A DNA stretch of 60,940 nt, filler included. It is 8 parts of 8 records of this genome, joined end to end, with 100 filler letters (N's around TTAATTAATTAA, not from the genome) between each part and the next. Parts side by side here need not be neighbours in the genome. Positions count along the whole stretch, not along the records: positions 38,885 to 47,374 come from SRR31147125_82038; positions 47,475 to 55,556 come from SRR31147125_82049; 6 more parts are not named here. One strand, written 5' to 3'. Positions 42,201-52,186 of this stretch are shown piece by piece (position 1 is the stretch's first letter; the number at the start of each line of letters is the position of its first letter). Below the pieces are notes generated by a model, which made no database searches, was not told the origin of the DNA, and saw only the letters and a program-made list of their open reading frames with translations. Made by a program: the position numbers and the translations under genes.

Positions 42201-42294
42201 CTGCTTCGGGTGGTAGCGATGTGGATTTGGGTATCGACTTAAATGCTTATCCATTATCAAGAACATTTACACTTGGTGTTAAATTAACTTTTAA
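39281..42294 (+). CDS. susC: SusC/RagA TonB-dependent transporter (frameshifts near 41006, 41770, 42290)
   Basis: Signal peptide, CarboxypepD-like N-domain, LEEVVAIGYG, LKDASATAIYGSRGANGV, NPDLTWE, YP..RTFTLGVKLTF. Confidence 0.92.
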
Positions 42295-42408
42295 TGAATT
42301 AGAAAATGAAACAAATCATGAAACGAGCATATAAAAAGCTTACAGCAAGGTATGTATTGTTTCTGCGAGTTCCATCGAATACATTATAAAATTTGAAATT
42401 TGAATGAG

Positions 42409-43959
42409 ATGAAAAAGATAAAGATTACATTATTTAAAACAATAATGCTTGCAGCTATTTTAGTGGGCACGCAAGCATGTTTCGAGCTGGAAGAAGATAC
42501 TGGCAGTATTCTTAGCCTGGAAAACCTGGCCGACGAAGGTGCTATTGAAGCAGCTTTAACTCCTATGTATCGTCAATATCAGGACGTTGTTAAAGGACCA
42601 CATCAGCATTTTATGGTGGCTTACGGAGCCGATGATATTACAACCTGGTGGGCCGGAAACAAAGCTCCTTTGCGTGTTTTCGACCGTTTTGATTATGGCG
42701 GTGGCGAGAACTCTGATGCATTGTGGTTAGACCAGGCATGGAGTAAATACTGGAAAGTAATTTATTACAGCAACACTTTAATCGAGGGTTTAAAGACTTC
42801 GCCTGCCGATGCTGATTTTGTTGCAGAAGCCGATGCAGAAGCTCGTTTTTTCAGAGCTTTAGCATATTTCGAATTGGTAAAACGTTGGGGAAATATGCCA
42901 ATTATTTTAGATGGAATGACTCCAACAGGTGACGAAAAACGTGCAACTGTTGTTGAAAATTATGCACATATTGAAGCCGACTTAAAAATTGCGGAAGTAA
43001 ATCTCCCTGCTCCTGATGCACTTACTGCTCCGGGAAAAGTGTCGAATGCTGCAGCAAAAATATTAATGGCCGACTTTTATATGAGGTGGGCTGGCTGGCC
43101 TGTAAAAGAGAGTGGGAAATATGCACTGGCTGCACAAAAATCCAAAGAAGTAATGGATATGGGCTATTTCGAATTGTTGCCGCTGGATGAGCTTTGGACT
43201 CAGGAAAACCAAAATAGTAAAGAATCAATCTTTGCTGTTCAGTTTTCAGAATCGGAAGATATCAGAAGTGGTGCGCCGGCAACGTATAGTTTCCACATGG
43301 CTCGCGGTTGGTCCGACTGCTATCCAGAACTTCAATTCTTCTACGATTTTCCTGAAGGTTTAAGAAAAGACATTACATTTTATACAGATATTCCAAACCG
43401 AAAATATAGCGGAGGACTTATTATTTCTAAAGATCCTGCTACAATACCTTGGGAATCATCGGAAAGACAACACCCTATGTACCGCAAATTTCAAATAGCT
43501 GAAAGATACGATGTTGCAAACCGTGTTACAGGTTACCGGGCCATGGAAATTTATCGTTACGCCGAGGTGTTACTTACTTATGCCGAAGCAAGCGCCCGTG
43601 CTAATGGTGGAGCTGTTACAGGCGAAGCTTTAGAGGCTTTAAACATGGTAAAACGCCGTGCAATGGGATTGCCTTACGACGCTGCCGATGTTACAGTTGA
43701 TGTTACTTCAGCAACTGCCGATGATGTTTTGCAGGAGAAAGGATGGGAGATTGCCGGTGAATTAGGAAAACGCTGGTGGGATTTGGTGCGTACCGAGAAA
43801 GTTGCAGAGGTAAACGCTCGCCGCGACCCAACCGAAAATGTGGATTTGGCTATTGCTGCCAGCCAAATTACCGAAAAACATTACATCGCACCTATTCCTT
43901 ACCAGGCAATTACAACAAGTAATTTAGAGCAGAATCCTGCGGGATTCAAAATTCAATAA
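42409..43959 (+). CDS. susD: SusD/RagB lipoprotein
   Basis: Lipobox TQAC, EARFFRALAYF.LV..WG..P, YRYAEVLL.YAEA, RWWDLVR, LEQNP. Confidence 0.93.
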   Translation: MKKIKITLFKTIMLAAILVGTQACFELEEDTGSILSLENLADEGAIEAALTPMYRQYQDVVKGPHQHFMVAYGADDITTWWAGNKAPLRVFDRFDYGGGENSDALWLDQAWSKYWKVIYYSNTLIEGLKTSPADADFVAEADAEARFFRALAYFELVKRWGNMPIILDGMTPTGDEKRATVVENYAHIEADLKIAEVNLPAPDALTAPGKVSNAAAKILMADFYMRWAGWPVKESGKYALAAQKSKEVMDMGYFELLPLDELWTQENQNSKESIFAVQFSESEDIRSGAPATYSFHMARGWSDCYPELQFFYDFPEGLRKDITFYTDIPNRKYSGGLIISKDPATIPWESSERQHPMYRKFQIAERYDVANRVTGYRAMEIYRYAEVLLTYAEASARANGGAVTGEALEALNMVKRRAMGLPYDAADVTVDVTSATADDVLQEKGWEIAGELGKRWWDLVRTEKVAEVNARRDPTENVDLAIAASQITEKHYIAPIPYQAITTSNLEQNPAGFKIQ

Positions 43960-43983
43960 TAGATTTAGTTTGGTTAGAGTGAA

Positions 43984-44021
43984 TTCCTTCCCCGGCTCCG
44001 ACGGGGAAGGATTCTTTTTTT
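43984..44021 (+). terminator. Intrinsic terminator after susD
   Basis: TCCTTCCCCG-loop-CGGGGAAGGA followed by TTCTTTTTTT. Confidence 0.8.
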
Positions 44022-44053
44022 ATCTTTATACAGAAACCTAAATCAATTAAAAA

Positions 44054-45544
44054 ATGAAAACCTTCTTTATCGGTTTGCTTTGTGCTTTTATTGTTAGTTG
44101 TCAGCAGGAAGTAACTCAAAAACCTAATATTCTTTTTATTGCTGTAGATGATTTACGTCCAGAGCTGGGATGTTACGGAAACACCCAAATAAAAAGTCCT
44201 AACATCGACAAACTGGCTTCTGAAGGTCTTGCTTTTAGCCACGCATATTGTCAGCAGCCTATTTGTATGGCATCGCGTGCCAGTTTAATGTCCGGTCTTC
44301 GCCCCGATACCATGCTTATTTACAATTGCCAATCGCTGGAACAAGATGCCCCCGGTATTCTAACACTCGATCAGCATTTCGAAAATAACGGTTATAAAAT
44401 ATGGGCATCAGGAAAAATATATCATCATGAAATTGATAGAAAAGTTCAATTTGGAGAAAAACACCATAGCCCGGAAACAAAAGAAATTGGGCGAGGCTAT
44501 TTATCAGAAGATTCAAAAAAAATAATTGAGGAATATGATGTTTGGTATCGCGAGAACCGTAAGCAAGAAGGTGGCGGCAGAGGACCGGCTTTCGAAAGCC
44601 CGGATGTGGCGGACAATGCCTACCGTGATGGGAAAATGACTGACATGGCCATTTCTCAACTATCGGAATTGAAGAACGATGATGAATCCTTTTTTATGGC
44701 CGTTGGTTATAGAAAACCGCATCTTCCGTTTAATGCGCCCAAAAAGTATTGGGACATGTACGATAAAAATGAAATTGAGCAGGCCGATAACATGTTTCAC
44801 CCCGAAAATGCAAGCCGGTATTTCAACTATAATTTTGGGGAATTGCGCAACTATTACAATATCCCGAAAGGAAATGAAGAATTTAATAATGAACTGAACC
44901 TGAACTTAAAACACGGTTATTATGCCTGTGTTTCGTATATCGATGCGCAAATTGGCCGCTTATTGGAAGCCTTACAGGAAAATGGTCTCGACGAAAATAC
45001 AATTGTAATTTTGTGGGGCGACCACGGTTGGAAATTGGGTGAGCACAATATGTGGTGTAAACATACCCAGTTCGAAATAGATAATCATGTGCCGCTTTTA
45101 GTTAAAGTGCCCGGACAAAAAAGTGCCGGCGAAAAATCGAAAGCTTTTGTCGAATATGTAGATATTTATCCTTCGTTATGCGATTTGGCTGGCTTGGATT
45201 TGCCCGAACATTTACAGGGGAAAAGTTTTGTGCCGCTAATTGAAAATCCAGATAAAAAGTGGAAAGAGGGCGCACTGAGTTACTGGCCAATTGGCAGAAC
45301 GAATCCCGAAAAAGTGGTTATTGGTTTTACCATAAAAACCGAACGTTATCGGTACACCGAATGGATTAAAACAAGCACCGGCGAATTAATGGCCCGCGAT
45401 CTGTTCGACCACCAAACCGATCCCGAAGAAAATATAAGTATAGCCAATAATCCTGAAAATGAGGAGTTGATGAGCAAATTGAGTCAATTGCTGAAGCAGG
45501 GAAAAGGTTGGCGAGAAATTGCAGAGAATATTGAAAATGAATAA
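44054..45544 (+). CDS. Formylglycine-dependent sulfatase, iduronate-2-sulfatase-like lipoprotein
   Basis: Lipobox IVSC, PNILFIAVDDLRP, CMASRASL, KPHLPF, WGDHGWKLGEH. Confidence 0.9.
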   Translation: MKTFFIGLLCAFIVSCQQEVTQKPNILFIAVDDLRPELGCYGNTQIKSPNIDKLASEGLAFSHAYCQQPICMASRASLMSGLRPDTMLIYNCQSLEQDAPGILTLDQHFENNGYKIWASGKIYHHEIDRKVQFGEKHHSPETKEIGRGYLSEDSKKIIEEYDVWYRENRKQEGGGRGPAFESPDVADNAYRDGKMTDMAISQLSELKNDDESFFMAVGYRKPHLPFNAPKKYWDMYDKNEIEQADNMFHPENASRYFNYNFGELRNYYNIPKGNEEFNNELNLNLKHGYYACVSYIDAQIGRLLEALQENGLDENTIVILWGDHGWKLGEHNMWCKHTQFEIDNHVPLLVKVPGQKSAGEKSKAFVEYVDIYPSLCDLAGLDLPEHLQGKSFVPLIENPDKKWKEGALSYWPIGRTNPEKVVIGFTIKTERYRYTEWIKTSTGELMARDLFDHQTDPEENISIANNPENEELMSKLSQLLKQGKGWREIAENIENE

Positions 45545-47234
45545 AAGACACTTCAGAAATTGTTTCGTATTATTACTAATTAGCCTGTCAGGATTTTGGG
45601 CAGGTTGTAAGGACAAAGAAACTAAACCAAACATCCTTTTTATTCTGATGGATGACCTTGGTTACGGCCATTTTGGAATTTATAACGACACAATAAGCAC
45701 CGACGATTTTAACCCGTTTTTTGTGCAACTTGTAGATAGTTTACAAGGCTATTCGAAAGAAAAAGCATTGGAGTTTTCGAAAATTGCCAGCCCTACTTTA
45801 ACCAGTCTGGCCAATGGCGGAATTTTATATACGAATGCTCATACATCGAGTAATTTATGTGCCGCCTCGCGACTTGGTATTGCCACCGGAACCTTACAGT
45901 GCAAATGGGGCGTTTATACGAATGCCGATTGCGAAAGACACGGTATTAGTGACGGAACGCACCTTGCCGAAAAGGTAAAAGAGCAAGGCTACAAAACTGC
46001 ACACATTGGCAAATGGCACATTGGTAGCAAAAACAGGCAATTAATTCCTGATATTTTAAAAAGTCACGGTATAAACAAGAGATTAAACAGTAAAGAACTA
46101 AAAAATAAATACCCCGAAGTTTATAACGAAATTCAGAATTGTGGTTATTACGGTTCGGTAATCGACGAGCATAATCCGTTAAATAATGGTTTCGATTATT
46201 ATTTCGGATATAATACCTGGGGAAGTCAGTATTACAATTCAACTTTGGTTTGGGAGAATTTTAAACATGCCGGCAAACAAAAAGGCTACAATACCGATGT
46301 GTTTACTGATAAGGCAATCGATTTTATGGATGAGCAGATTAGCGATGATAATCCGTTTTACATTCAGTTGCATTATCATGCTGTACACGATTCGATAGAA
46401 CCCAAAGCACCCGATGCATATTTTAATCGATTTGATTCGGATTCGTACCACCTTAATAATTTTTACGCGCACATTTATGGTGTCGACAGCAATGTAAAAC
46501 GTATTGTTCAATTCCTGAAAGAAAATGGACAGTACGAAAACACGCTAATTGTTTTTACTTCGGATAACGGCGGAATGTGTGGCGGTTCGTACAACGGGCA
46601 TAAAACAGGCTCGCCACTTCCGGGTAACGCTCCGTTTTGGGGGCACAAAGGAAATTATTACCAGGGCGGAATTCGGGTACCCATGTTTGTGCACTGGCCC
46701 GGTGGAATAAAACAGCCAAATGTTTCGCAGCAGTTGGTTTCAACCATGGATATTTTGCCAACTGCAGTTGAACTTGCCGGCGGAAAAGTACCGGATTCGG
46801 TTGATGGAAAAAGCCTGAAACCCTGGTTTGAGAATGGAAATTCAGCACCAATTCACGAGCATCTAATTTGGTCGGGTGTTCATGCTGCTAAATGGGGCTA
46901 TCTAATTCAGAAAACAACAAAAACGCATAAAGACGAAGATAAATTTGCTCCGGGAGCCTGGGCAATACGGCAAAACGATTACCTGCTGCGTTTTACCGGA
47001 ACATTGGAGGCCGGTGTGTATTTAGATTATATGAAAGGAAAAGAGCCGGTTTACGAGCTATTCAATATTAAAAACGACCCGGCAGAGTTAAATAATCTGG
47101 CTGAAGTTATGCCCGAAAAGGTAAAAGAGCTGGCTAAATTGTATTTTAGGGAAAGCAAAGAATTTCCTAAACCCGTAATCTGGAAAAAAGAAAAGTGGGA
47201 AGAGTTGAAAGATTCGGAGGCAATGTTAAAATAA
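45537..47234 (+). CDS. Formylglycine-dependent sulfatase, YdeN-like lipoprotein
   Basis: Lipobox WAGC, KPNILFILMDDLGYG, CAASR, GKWHIG, FTSDNG, GGIRVP. Confidence 0.9.
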   Translation: MNKRHFRNCFVLLLISLSGFWAGCKDKETKPNILFILMDDLGYGHFGIYNDTISTDDFNPFFVQLVDSLQGYSKEKALEFSKIASPTLTSLANGGILYTNAHTSSNLCAASRLGIATGTLQCKWGVYTNADCERHGISDGTHLAEKVKEQGYKTAHIGKWHIGSKNRQLIPDILKSHGINKRLNSKELKNKYPEVYNEIQNCGYYGSVIDEHNPLNNGFDYYFGYNTWGSQYYNSTLVWENFKHAGKQKGYNTDVFTDKAIDFMDEQISDDNPFYIQLHYHAVHDSIEPKAPDAYFNRFDSDSYHLNNFYAHIYGVDSNVKRIVQFLKENGQYENTLIVFTSDNGGMCGGSYNGHKTGSPLPGNAPFWGHKGNYYQGGIRVPMFVHWPGGIKQPNVSQQLVSTMDILPTAVELAGGKVPDSVDGKSLKPWFENGNSAPIHEHLIWSGVHAAKWGYLIQKTTKTHKDEDKFAPGAWAIRQNDYLLRFTGTLEAGVYLDYMKGKEPVYELFNIKNDPAELNNLAEVMPEKVKELAKLYFRESKEFPKPVIWKKEKWEELKDSEAMLK

Positions 47235-47250
47235 GCAAGAAATAAACTAT

Positions 47251-47374
47251 ACCCTTTCGGCTGTCGCCACTTTCCCTTACAAAGGAAAAATGCTGTGATG
47301 AAATGCCAGAACCGTTCATGGGGACCGGTAGTTGTTAAGAATGCGCTCCCCTTGTAAGGGGAGCTCCCGACAGG
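47251..47374. repeat. Inverted pair of REP-like palindromes
   Basis: CTCCCCTT-GT-AAGGGGAG at 47346-47363 and a degenerate reverse copy TTTCCCTTACAAAGGAAA at 47271-47288, flanked by CTGTCG / CGACAG. Confidence 0.5.
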
Positions 47375-47474
47375 NNNNNNNNNNNNNNNNNNNNNNNNNN
47401 NNNNNNNNNNNNNNNNNNTTAATTAATTAANNNNNNNNNNNNNNNNNNNNNNNNNNNNNNNNNNNNNNNNNNNN
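47375..47474. other. Artificial contig spacer
   Basis: N run + TTAATTAATTAA + N run. Confidence 0.98.
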
Positions 47475-48006
47475 CCCCTGGTCTCACGCAACTTTTTCCC
47501 CGTTCTTTCCGGTGGAAAAAGATTTTTCTAACTTTGTGTTTGCGCCGACAGAAGATTGTCCGTGGAGGGAAGAGGTCGTTCGTGGTTACGTCCATGATCA
47601 GAATGCTTATGCAATGGGTGGTGTCTCTGGTCATGCCGGTCTTTTTTCTACCGTGAGTGACATAAGTAAAATTGTGAGCGAACTTGTTTTAAGTTTTAAG
47701 GGTAAGAGTGTTTTTGTATCGACAGAGGTTATAAAGAAATTTTGGGAAAAGAGCTCTGGTGATTTGGGAAATTTCAGGCTTGGTTGGGATAGTCCGTCGA
47801 GACCAATATCTCAATCGGGACGCTTCTTTTCCGATGATAGTGTTGGTCATTTGGCGTATACGGGGTGTTCTTTGTGGATTGATTTGGCCCAAGATTATTG
47901 GGTGATATTACTCACAAATAGGGTCCATCCATCGGCTACGAATCACAAGATAAAAGGCTTTCGTCCGAAAATTCACGACAAAATTCACGCCGAATTGGAC
48001 GTATAA
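47475..48006 (+). CDS. Serine hydrolase (beta-lactamase-related) C-terminal part, 5'-truncated
   Basis: APTE, G.VHDQNA..MGGVSGHAGLFST, GHLAYTGCSLWID, LLTNRVHP. Confidence 0.85.
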
Positions 48007-48202
48007 AGGCATAAATAAAAAGCCTTATAAATCAACATCTTAACGATCAAACCTATCATTTACTTTTACTCTTAAGCATAATGTATCAATTTTGAAGTCT
48101 TTTTTAGGGTTGCTTTTTCGACCCCTAAATCCGAAAAAATCATGTTATTTCAACTAATTAGCGATTGACTTACCTCCAGATTTCTTTTAATTTTCCCATA
48201 TG

Positions 48203-48228
48203 GTGGGATGAAGTGGGATAGTATGTGA
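48203..48228 (+). promoter_or_regulatory. MraZ-binding direct repeats
   Basis: GTGGGA at 48203 and 48213 (10-bp period) plus degenerate ATGTGA at 48223, upstream of mraZ; TTGACT at 48165. Confidence 0.65.
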
Positions 48229-48290
48229 TTATGTCACACAAAATGGGCAAGAAGTGACGTAATGTGGCAGTTAACTAATGGAAATGACTT

Positions 48291-48731
48291 ATGTTTCGAG
48301 GAAGGTTTGAACATAGCTTAGACGCAAAAGGGAGACTTTCAGTCCCTTCGAAATTTCGTGAGCACCTTGTCACGAAATATGACGAAAGATTAGTTGTTAC
48401 AAATTTCGACAACTGCCTATGGGCATATCCCGCCGCCGAATGGAGCAAGGTAGAAGACAAGGTCGCATCTCTTCCTCAGTTCAAAGAAGAGGTCAAGGCT
48501 TTGCAACGTGTCTTTATCTCCGCAGCTACAGAATGTTCGATAGACAAGAGTGGCCGAATCTTACTTCCGCCAACACTTCGTGATTATGCTGCAATCGATC
48601 GTGAAGTTGTCTTGGTTGGAATGATCAATCGAATTGAGATTTGGTCCAAGGAGAGATGGAATGCAGTCTTCGAGGATGCACTTTCATCACTATCGACCAT
48701 GGGAGATAAGCTCGCGGACCTTGGACTCTAG
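48291..48731 (+). CDS. mraZ: Division/cell wall cluster repressor MraZ
   Basis: MFRG...H.LDAKGRLSVP; DKSGRILLP..LR; EIW. Confidence 0.96.
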   Translation: MFRGRFEHSLDAKGRLSVPSKFREHLVTKYDERLVVTNFDNCLWAYPAAEWSKVEDKVASLPQFKEEVKALQRVFISAATECSIDKSGRILLPPTLRDYAAIDREVVLVGMINRIEIWSKERWNAVFEDALSSLSTMGDKLADLGL

Positions 48732-48826
48732 AAGTTTGTCATCCGAATTGTTTAAGTGGATGGCGAGAGTTGGTTGTATGTTTTAGGTCGCAAGTCATCT
48801 GGCTTATGACCTTCGACCTAAGGCTT

Positions 48827-49720
48827 ATGACTTACAAATATCACACTCCTGTACTTTTGAAAGAAGTTATCGATTACTTAAATTGTAGATCGAGCGGACT
48901 TTATATTGACGTTACGTTAGGTGGCGGTGGTTGGTCTGAAGCAATTTTAGAAGCAAGTGGTGATAGTGGTCGCGTTGTTGCTTTTGATAGAGACATGGAT
49001 GCGATCGGAGAAGCCAAGGCAAGGCTTGAAAAGTATTCAGATAGGTTCGGAGCTTATCAATCCACTTTTTCATCTCTTGCAAGTGAGTGTGATCGAATAG
49101 GTATTGGTAAGGTCGACGGAGTGGTCGCAGACCTTGGAGTTTCTTCGTATCAGCTTGATGAAGCAGATCGTGGTTTTAGTTTTTCAAAAGAAGCTCCGCT
49201 TGACATGAGAATGGATCGAAATAGCGGTTTTTCTGCATACGATCTTGTGAATACGAGCAGAGCCGAAGATTTGGCTGATTGGTTTTATCAATACGGGGAA
49301 GAACGTTTCTCAAGAAGAATTGCTAGAGCGATTGTTAAAGAGCGGGGAAAGGAAAAGATAGAAACAACAAAGCAGCTTGCCGACATCGTAAGTCGTGCAA
49401 TGCCTGGCCGTCATAGATACGGAAAGATACATCCTGCAACAAGAGTTTTCCAGGCCTTGCGAATTGTTGTTAATGACGAATTGGCTGAGTTGGAAAAATT
49501 GATCGAAGATATGCCTTACCACCTAAATGCTGGCGGGAGGATTGTTATTGTTAGTTATCATTCGTTGGAAGACAGGATTGTTAAGCATAAATTTCGTGAG
49601 TTGGGAGCAACCGACGAATTTAAAAGAGTAACAAAAAAACCGGTTAGACCAACAGAAGAGGAAATTGGAGATAATAGGCGAGCAAGGAGTGCCCGCTTAA
49701 GAGTTTTAGAAAGGGTTTGA
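48827..49720 (+). CDS. rsmH: 16S rRNA m4C1402 methyltransferase
   Basis: HTPVLL.EV, DLGVSS.QLD...RGFSF, PLDMRM, HPATRVFQALRI, SYHSLEDR, ARSARLR. Confidence 0.96.
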   Translation: MTYKYHTPVLLKEVIDYLNCRSSGLYIDVTLGGGGWSEAILEASGDSGRVVAFDRDMDAIGEAKARLEKYSDRFGAYQSTFSSLASECDRIGIGKVDGVVADLGVSSYQLDEADRGFSFSKEAPLDMRMDRNSGFSAYDLVNTSRAEDLADWFYQYGEERFSRRIARAIVKERGKEKIETTKQLADIVSRAMPGRHRYGKIHPATRVFQALRIVVNDELAELEKLIEDMPYHLNAGGRIVIVSYHSLEDRIVKHKFRELGATDEFKRVTKKPVRPTEEEIGDNRRARSARLRVLERV

Positions 49721-49723
49721 TAG

Positions 49724-50146
49724 ATGCAACAACATACAATGCCTTTAACAAAGATGCTTCGAGGTCAGGGAATAGGGGCGAAGTCTGTTGCGATTAGAAA
49801 TAAGCTGATCAGAAAGATTGTCGTTCTTCTGATTTTGATAACTTGTGTTGCTCTTTTCTGTGTTTGGTCGCGCGTGAAGATAATTCAGATGGGTTATGAG
49901 TTTTCAGCACTGCAGAAAAAATCGGGAGAGCTTACAAAAAAAGTAAATCATCTGAAGCTAGAGGTTGAAAAGTTGAGATCTCCAGGAAGGCTTCAGAAGG
50001 TTGCTGTGAATGCTTTGGGGATGTATCCCCCAAAAAGCGATCAGGTTGTCTTTTTGAAAAAAGAAGGTTCTGAACTCATTGTTAAAGGTGAAGCCCAAGA
50101 GTTGCCAGTAGGCAACAGTGAGAGTAAAGTTGAAGAAAAAGAATAG
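49724..50146 (+). CDS. ftsL: Cell division protein FtsL
   Basis: Single TM plus coiled coil, LGM..P; between rsmH and ftsI. Confidence 0.85.
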   Translation: MQQHTMPLTKMLRGQGIGAKSVAIRNKLIRKIVVLLILITCVALFCVWSRVKIIQMGYEFSALQKKSGELTKKVNHLKLEVEKLRSPGRLQKVAVNALGMYPPKSDQVVFLKKEGSELIVKGEAQELPVGNSESKVEEKE

Positions 50147-52172
50147 ATACAAACTAAAAAGATTCAAGAGGAGCGGAAACGCTTATAAGGCGGAAAAGAC
50201 AATGGAATTCCGTATGTATATAATTGTCTTTATCTGTTTTATAGGTTTTGCGGTTGTCTTGAGTCGTGCTGTCTATCTTCACCTTTCTGATAACGATCAG
50301 TTAAAATGGATTGCGAACAAACAATACAATGCAAAAATTCCTCTGAGTCTTCGTCGTGGTAAAATTTTTGATAGAAACGGTGAAGAGTTGGCGGTAAGCC
50401 TTCCAGTTCCTTCCATATATGTTGATCCAGCCTTGGTAGAAGACAAAGAAAAAACAGCAAAAGAGTTGAGCTCGGTTCTTAAATTAAAAGAGAAGAGTGT
50501 TTCGAAGAAATTGAACTCTAGTCGTCGTTTTGCATGGATTAAGAGAAGGGTCTCTTATGATACGCTCAAGAAAGTTCTTTCGCTCAATCTTCCTGGTGTG
50601 AGTTACACCGAAGAGAGTCGTCGTTTTTATCCAAACAGTGAATTGGCTTCACAGGTTTTAGGGGCTGTTGGGTATGATTCTCAAGCATTAGCTGGGATCG
50701 AGATGGCCTACGACGATGTTTTGAAGAGCAAAAAGAAGTCGACAACCTATAAAAGAGATGCTCGCGGCAAAATGTATACAACACCACTTAGCTTTAGTGA
50801 GCAGTCTGATGTTGGTGATATCTATCTAACAATAGATAAGCAGATCCAATTCTTTACTGAAAACGCCCTTAGAGAAGCTGTAGAAAAATATAACGCCAAA
50901 GATGGTGTAGCTGTAGTTGTCGATACTGAGACTGGCGATATCCTAGCTATGGCCAATTCTCCGGTTTTTGATCCAAATAGATATTCAAAATATCCCGTTT
51001 CAAGTTGGAGAAATAGGGCTGTGACAGATGCCTTTGAACCGGGTTCCACATTCAAGGTTTTGGTTGTTGCCTCAGCTCTTGATGAAGGTGTTGTAAATGC
51101 AGAGACGATATTTGATTGTGAAAATGGATCTGTCAGAATTGGCCCAGATACATTAAGAGATCATGATCCTTATGGTGAGTTATCGGTTCAGGATATTGTT
51201 AAGTATTCAAGTAATATCGGTTCGATGAAGGTTGCATATGAACTGGGTCGCGAAAGATTTGCAGAAAAATTATCGGAATTTGGTATCGGTTCTGTAACCG
51301 GTGTTGATTATCCTGGTGAAGTTGGGGGTATCTTAAGGAGTCATAAGACTTGGCAGCCTGTTGAATATGCAACGGTCGCTTTTGGTCAGGGTTTGACAAC
51401 AACTCCAATTCAAATGGCAGCATCATTTAATGCTGTTGTTAATGGTGGAACATATTACAGGCCACGTTTGGTCTCCAGAGTTATTGGTCGCGATGGAGAG
51501 ATTGTTGCGAACCAGAAGTCGGAAGTTGTGACCCATCCAATTAGAAAGGATGTCTCTGAGACGATGAGATATCTCTTGAAACGTGTTGTTGAAGAAGGTG
51601 GAACAGGAACAAGGGCCCATTCAGAAGCTTATTCGGTTGGAGGGAAAACAGGAACAGCTCAGAAGGTCAGTCGTGGGTACAAGGGTTATGCTAAGGGGAA
51701 ATATTTTTCCTCATTTATCGGTTTTGCTCCGGTTGAAAAGCCGAGGCTTGTTGTCTTTGTAGGAATCGATGAACCAAAGGGTTCTTATTATGGTGGAACG
51801 GTCGCGGCACCAGCTGTGAAAGAGATTGCTGAAAGATCTCTTCGTTACCTGGGCGTTATGCCTAAAAAATCCCCAGTAATGTTTATGGCAAAGAAAAAGC
51901 CTGAAACACTGGATAGAATTAGCAATAGGGTTGCTGTTGAATACGAATCTCCAAAAACAAATAGAGCTAAGTTTGCAAAGATAGATAATGAAAATTTTGT
52001 AATGCCTGACTTGAGAGGTTTGACAATGCGGGAAGTTTTGGCTTCTACGAGTAATGTCGATTTGTCGCCTGAAATTGAAGGTGTTGGTGTTGCTGTTACC
52101 CAAACTCCGGAGCCAGGCAGTTTGGTTAAAGAGAGTGAAAAATTCTCAGTAAAATTTGAGTTACCTAGATGA
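50118..52172 (+). CDS. ftsI: Class B PBP FtsI with C-terminal PASTA domain
   Basis: RRGKIFDRNG, EPGSTFK, SSN, KTGTAQ, MPDLRG; start may be 50202. Confidence 0.93.
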   Translation: MRVKLKKKNRYKLKRFKRSGNAYKAEKTMEFRMYIIVFICFIGFAVVLSRAVYLHLSDNDQLKWIANKQYNAKIPLSLRRGKIFDRNGEELAVSLPVPSIYVDPALVEDKEKTAKELSSVLKLKEKSVSKKLNSSRRFAWIKRRVSYDTLKKVLSLNLPGVSYTEESRRFYPNSELASQVLGAVGYDSQALAGIEMAYDDVLKSKKKSTTYKRDARGKMYTTPLSFSEQSDVGDIYLTIDKQIQFFTENALREAVEKYNAKDGVAVVVDTETGDILAMANSPVFDPNRYSKYPVSSWRNRAVTDAFEPGSTFKVLVVASALDEGVVNAETIFDCENGSVRIGPDTLRDHDPYGELSVQDIVKYSSNIGSMKVAYELGRERFAEKLSEFGIGSVTGVDYPGEVGGILRSHKTWQPVEYATVAFGQGLTTTPIQMAASFNAVVNGGTYYRPRLVSRVIGRDGEIVANQKSEVVTHPIRKDVSETMRYLLKRVVEEGGTGTRAHSEAYSVGGKTGTAQKVSRGYKGYAKGKYFSSFIGFAPVEKPRLVVFVGIDEPKGSYYGGTVAAPAVKEIAERSLRYLGVMPKKSPVMFMAKKKPETLDRISNRVAVEYESPKTNRAKFAKIDNENFVMPDLRGLTMREVLASTSNVDLSPEIEGVGVAVTQTPEPGSLVKESEKFSVKFELPR

Positions 52173-52186
52173 GGTTTGAATAGATT

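Noticed and set aside
42305-42389. Short ORF between susC and susD
   Set aside because: About 27 codons with no recognisable features; expected by chance.
48784-48833. Hairpin and short GGCTTATGAC duplication before rsmH
   Set aside because: Only two copies of a 10-mer; no support for a defined element.
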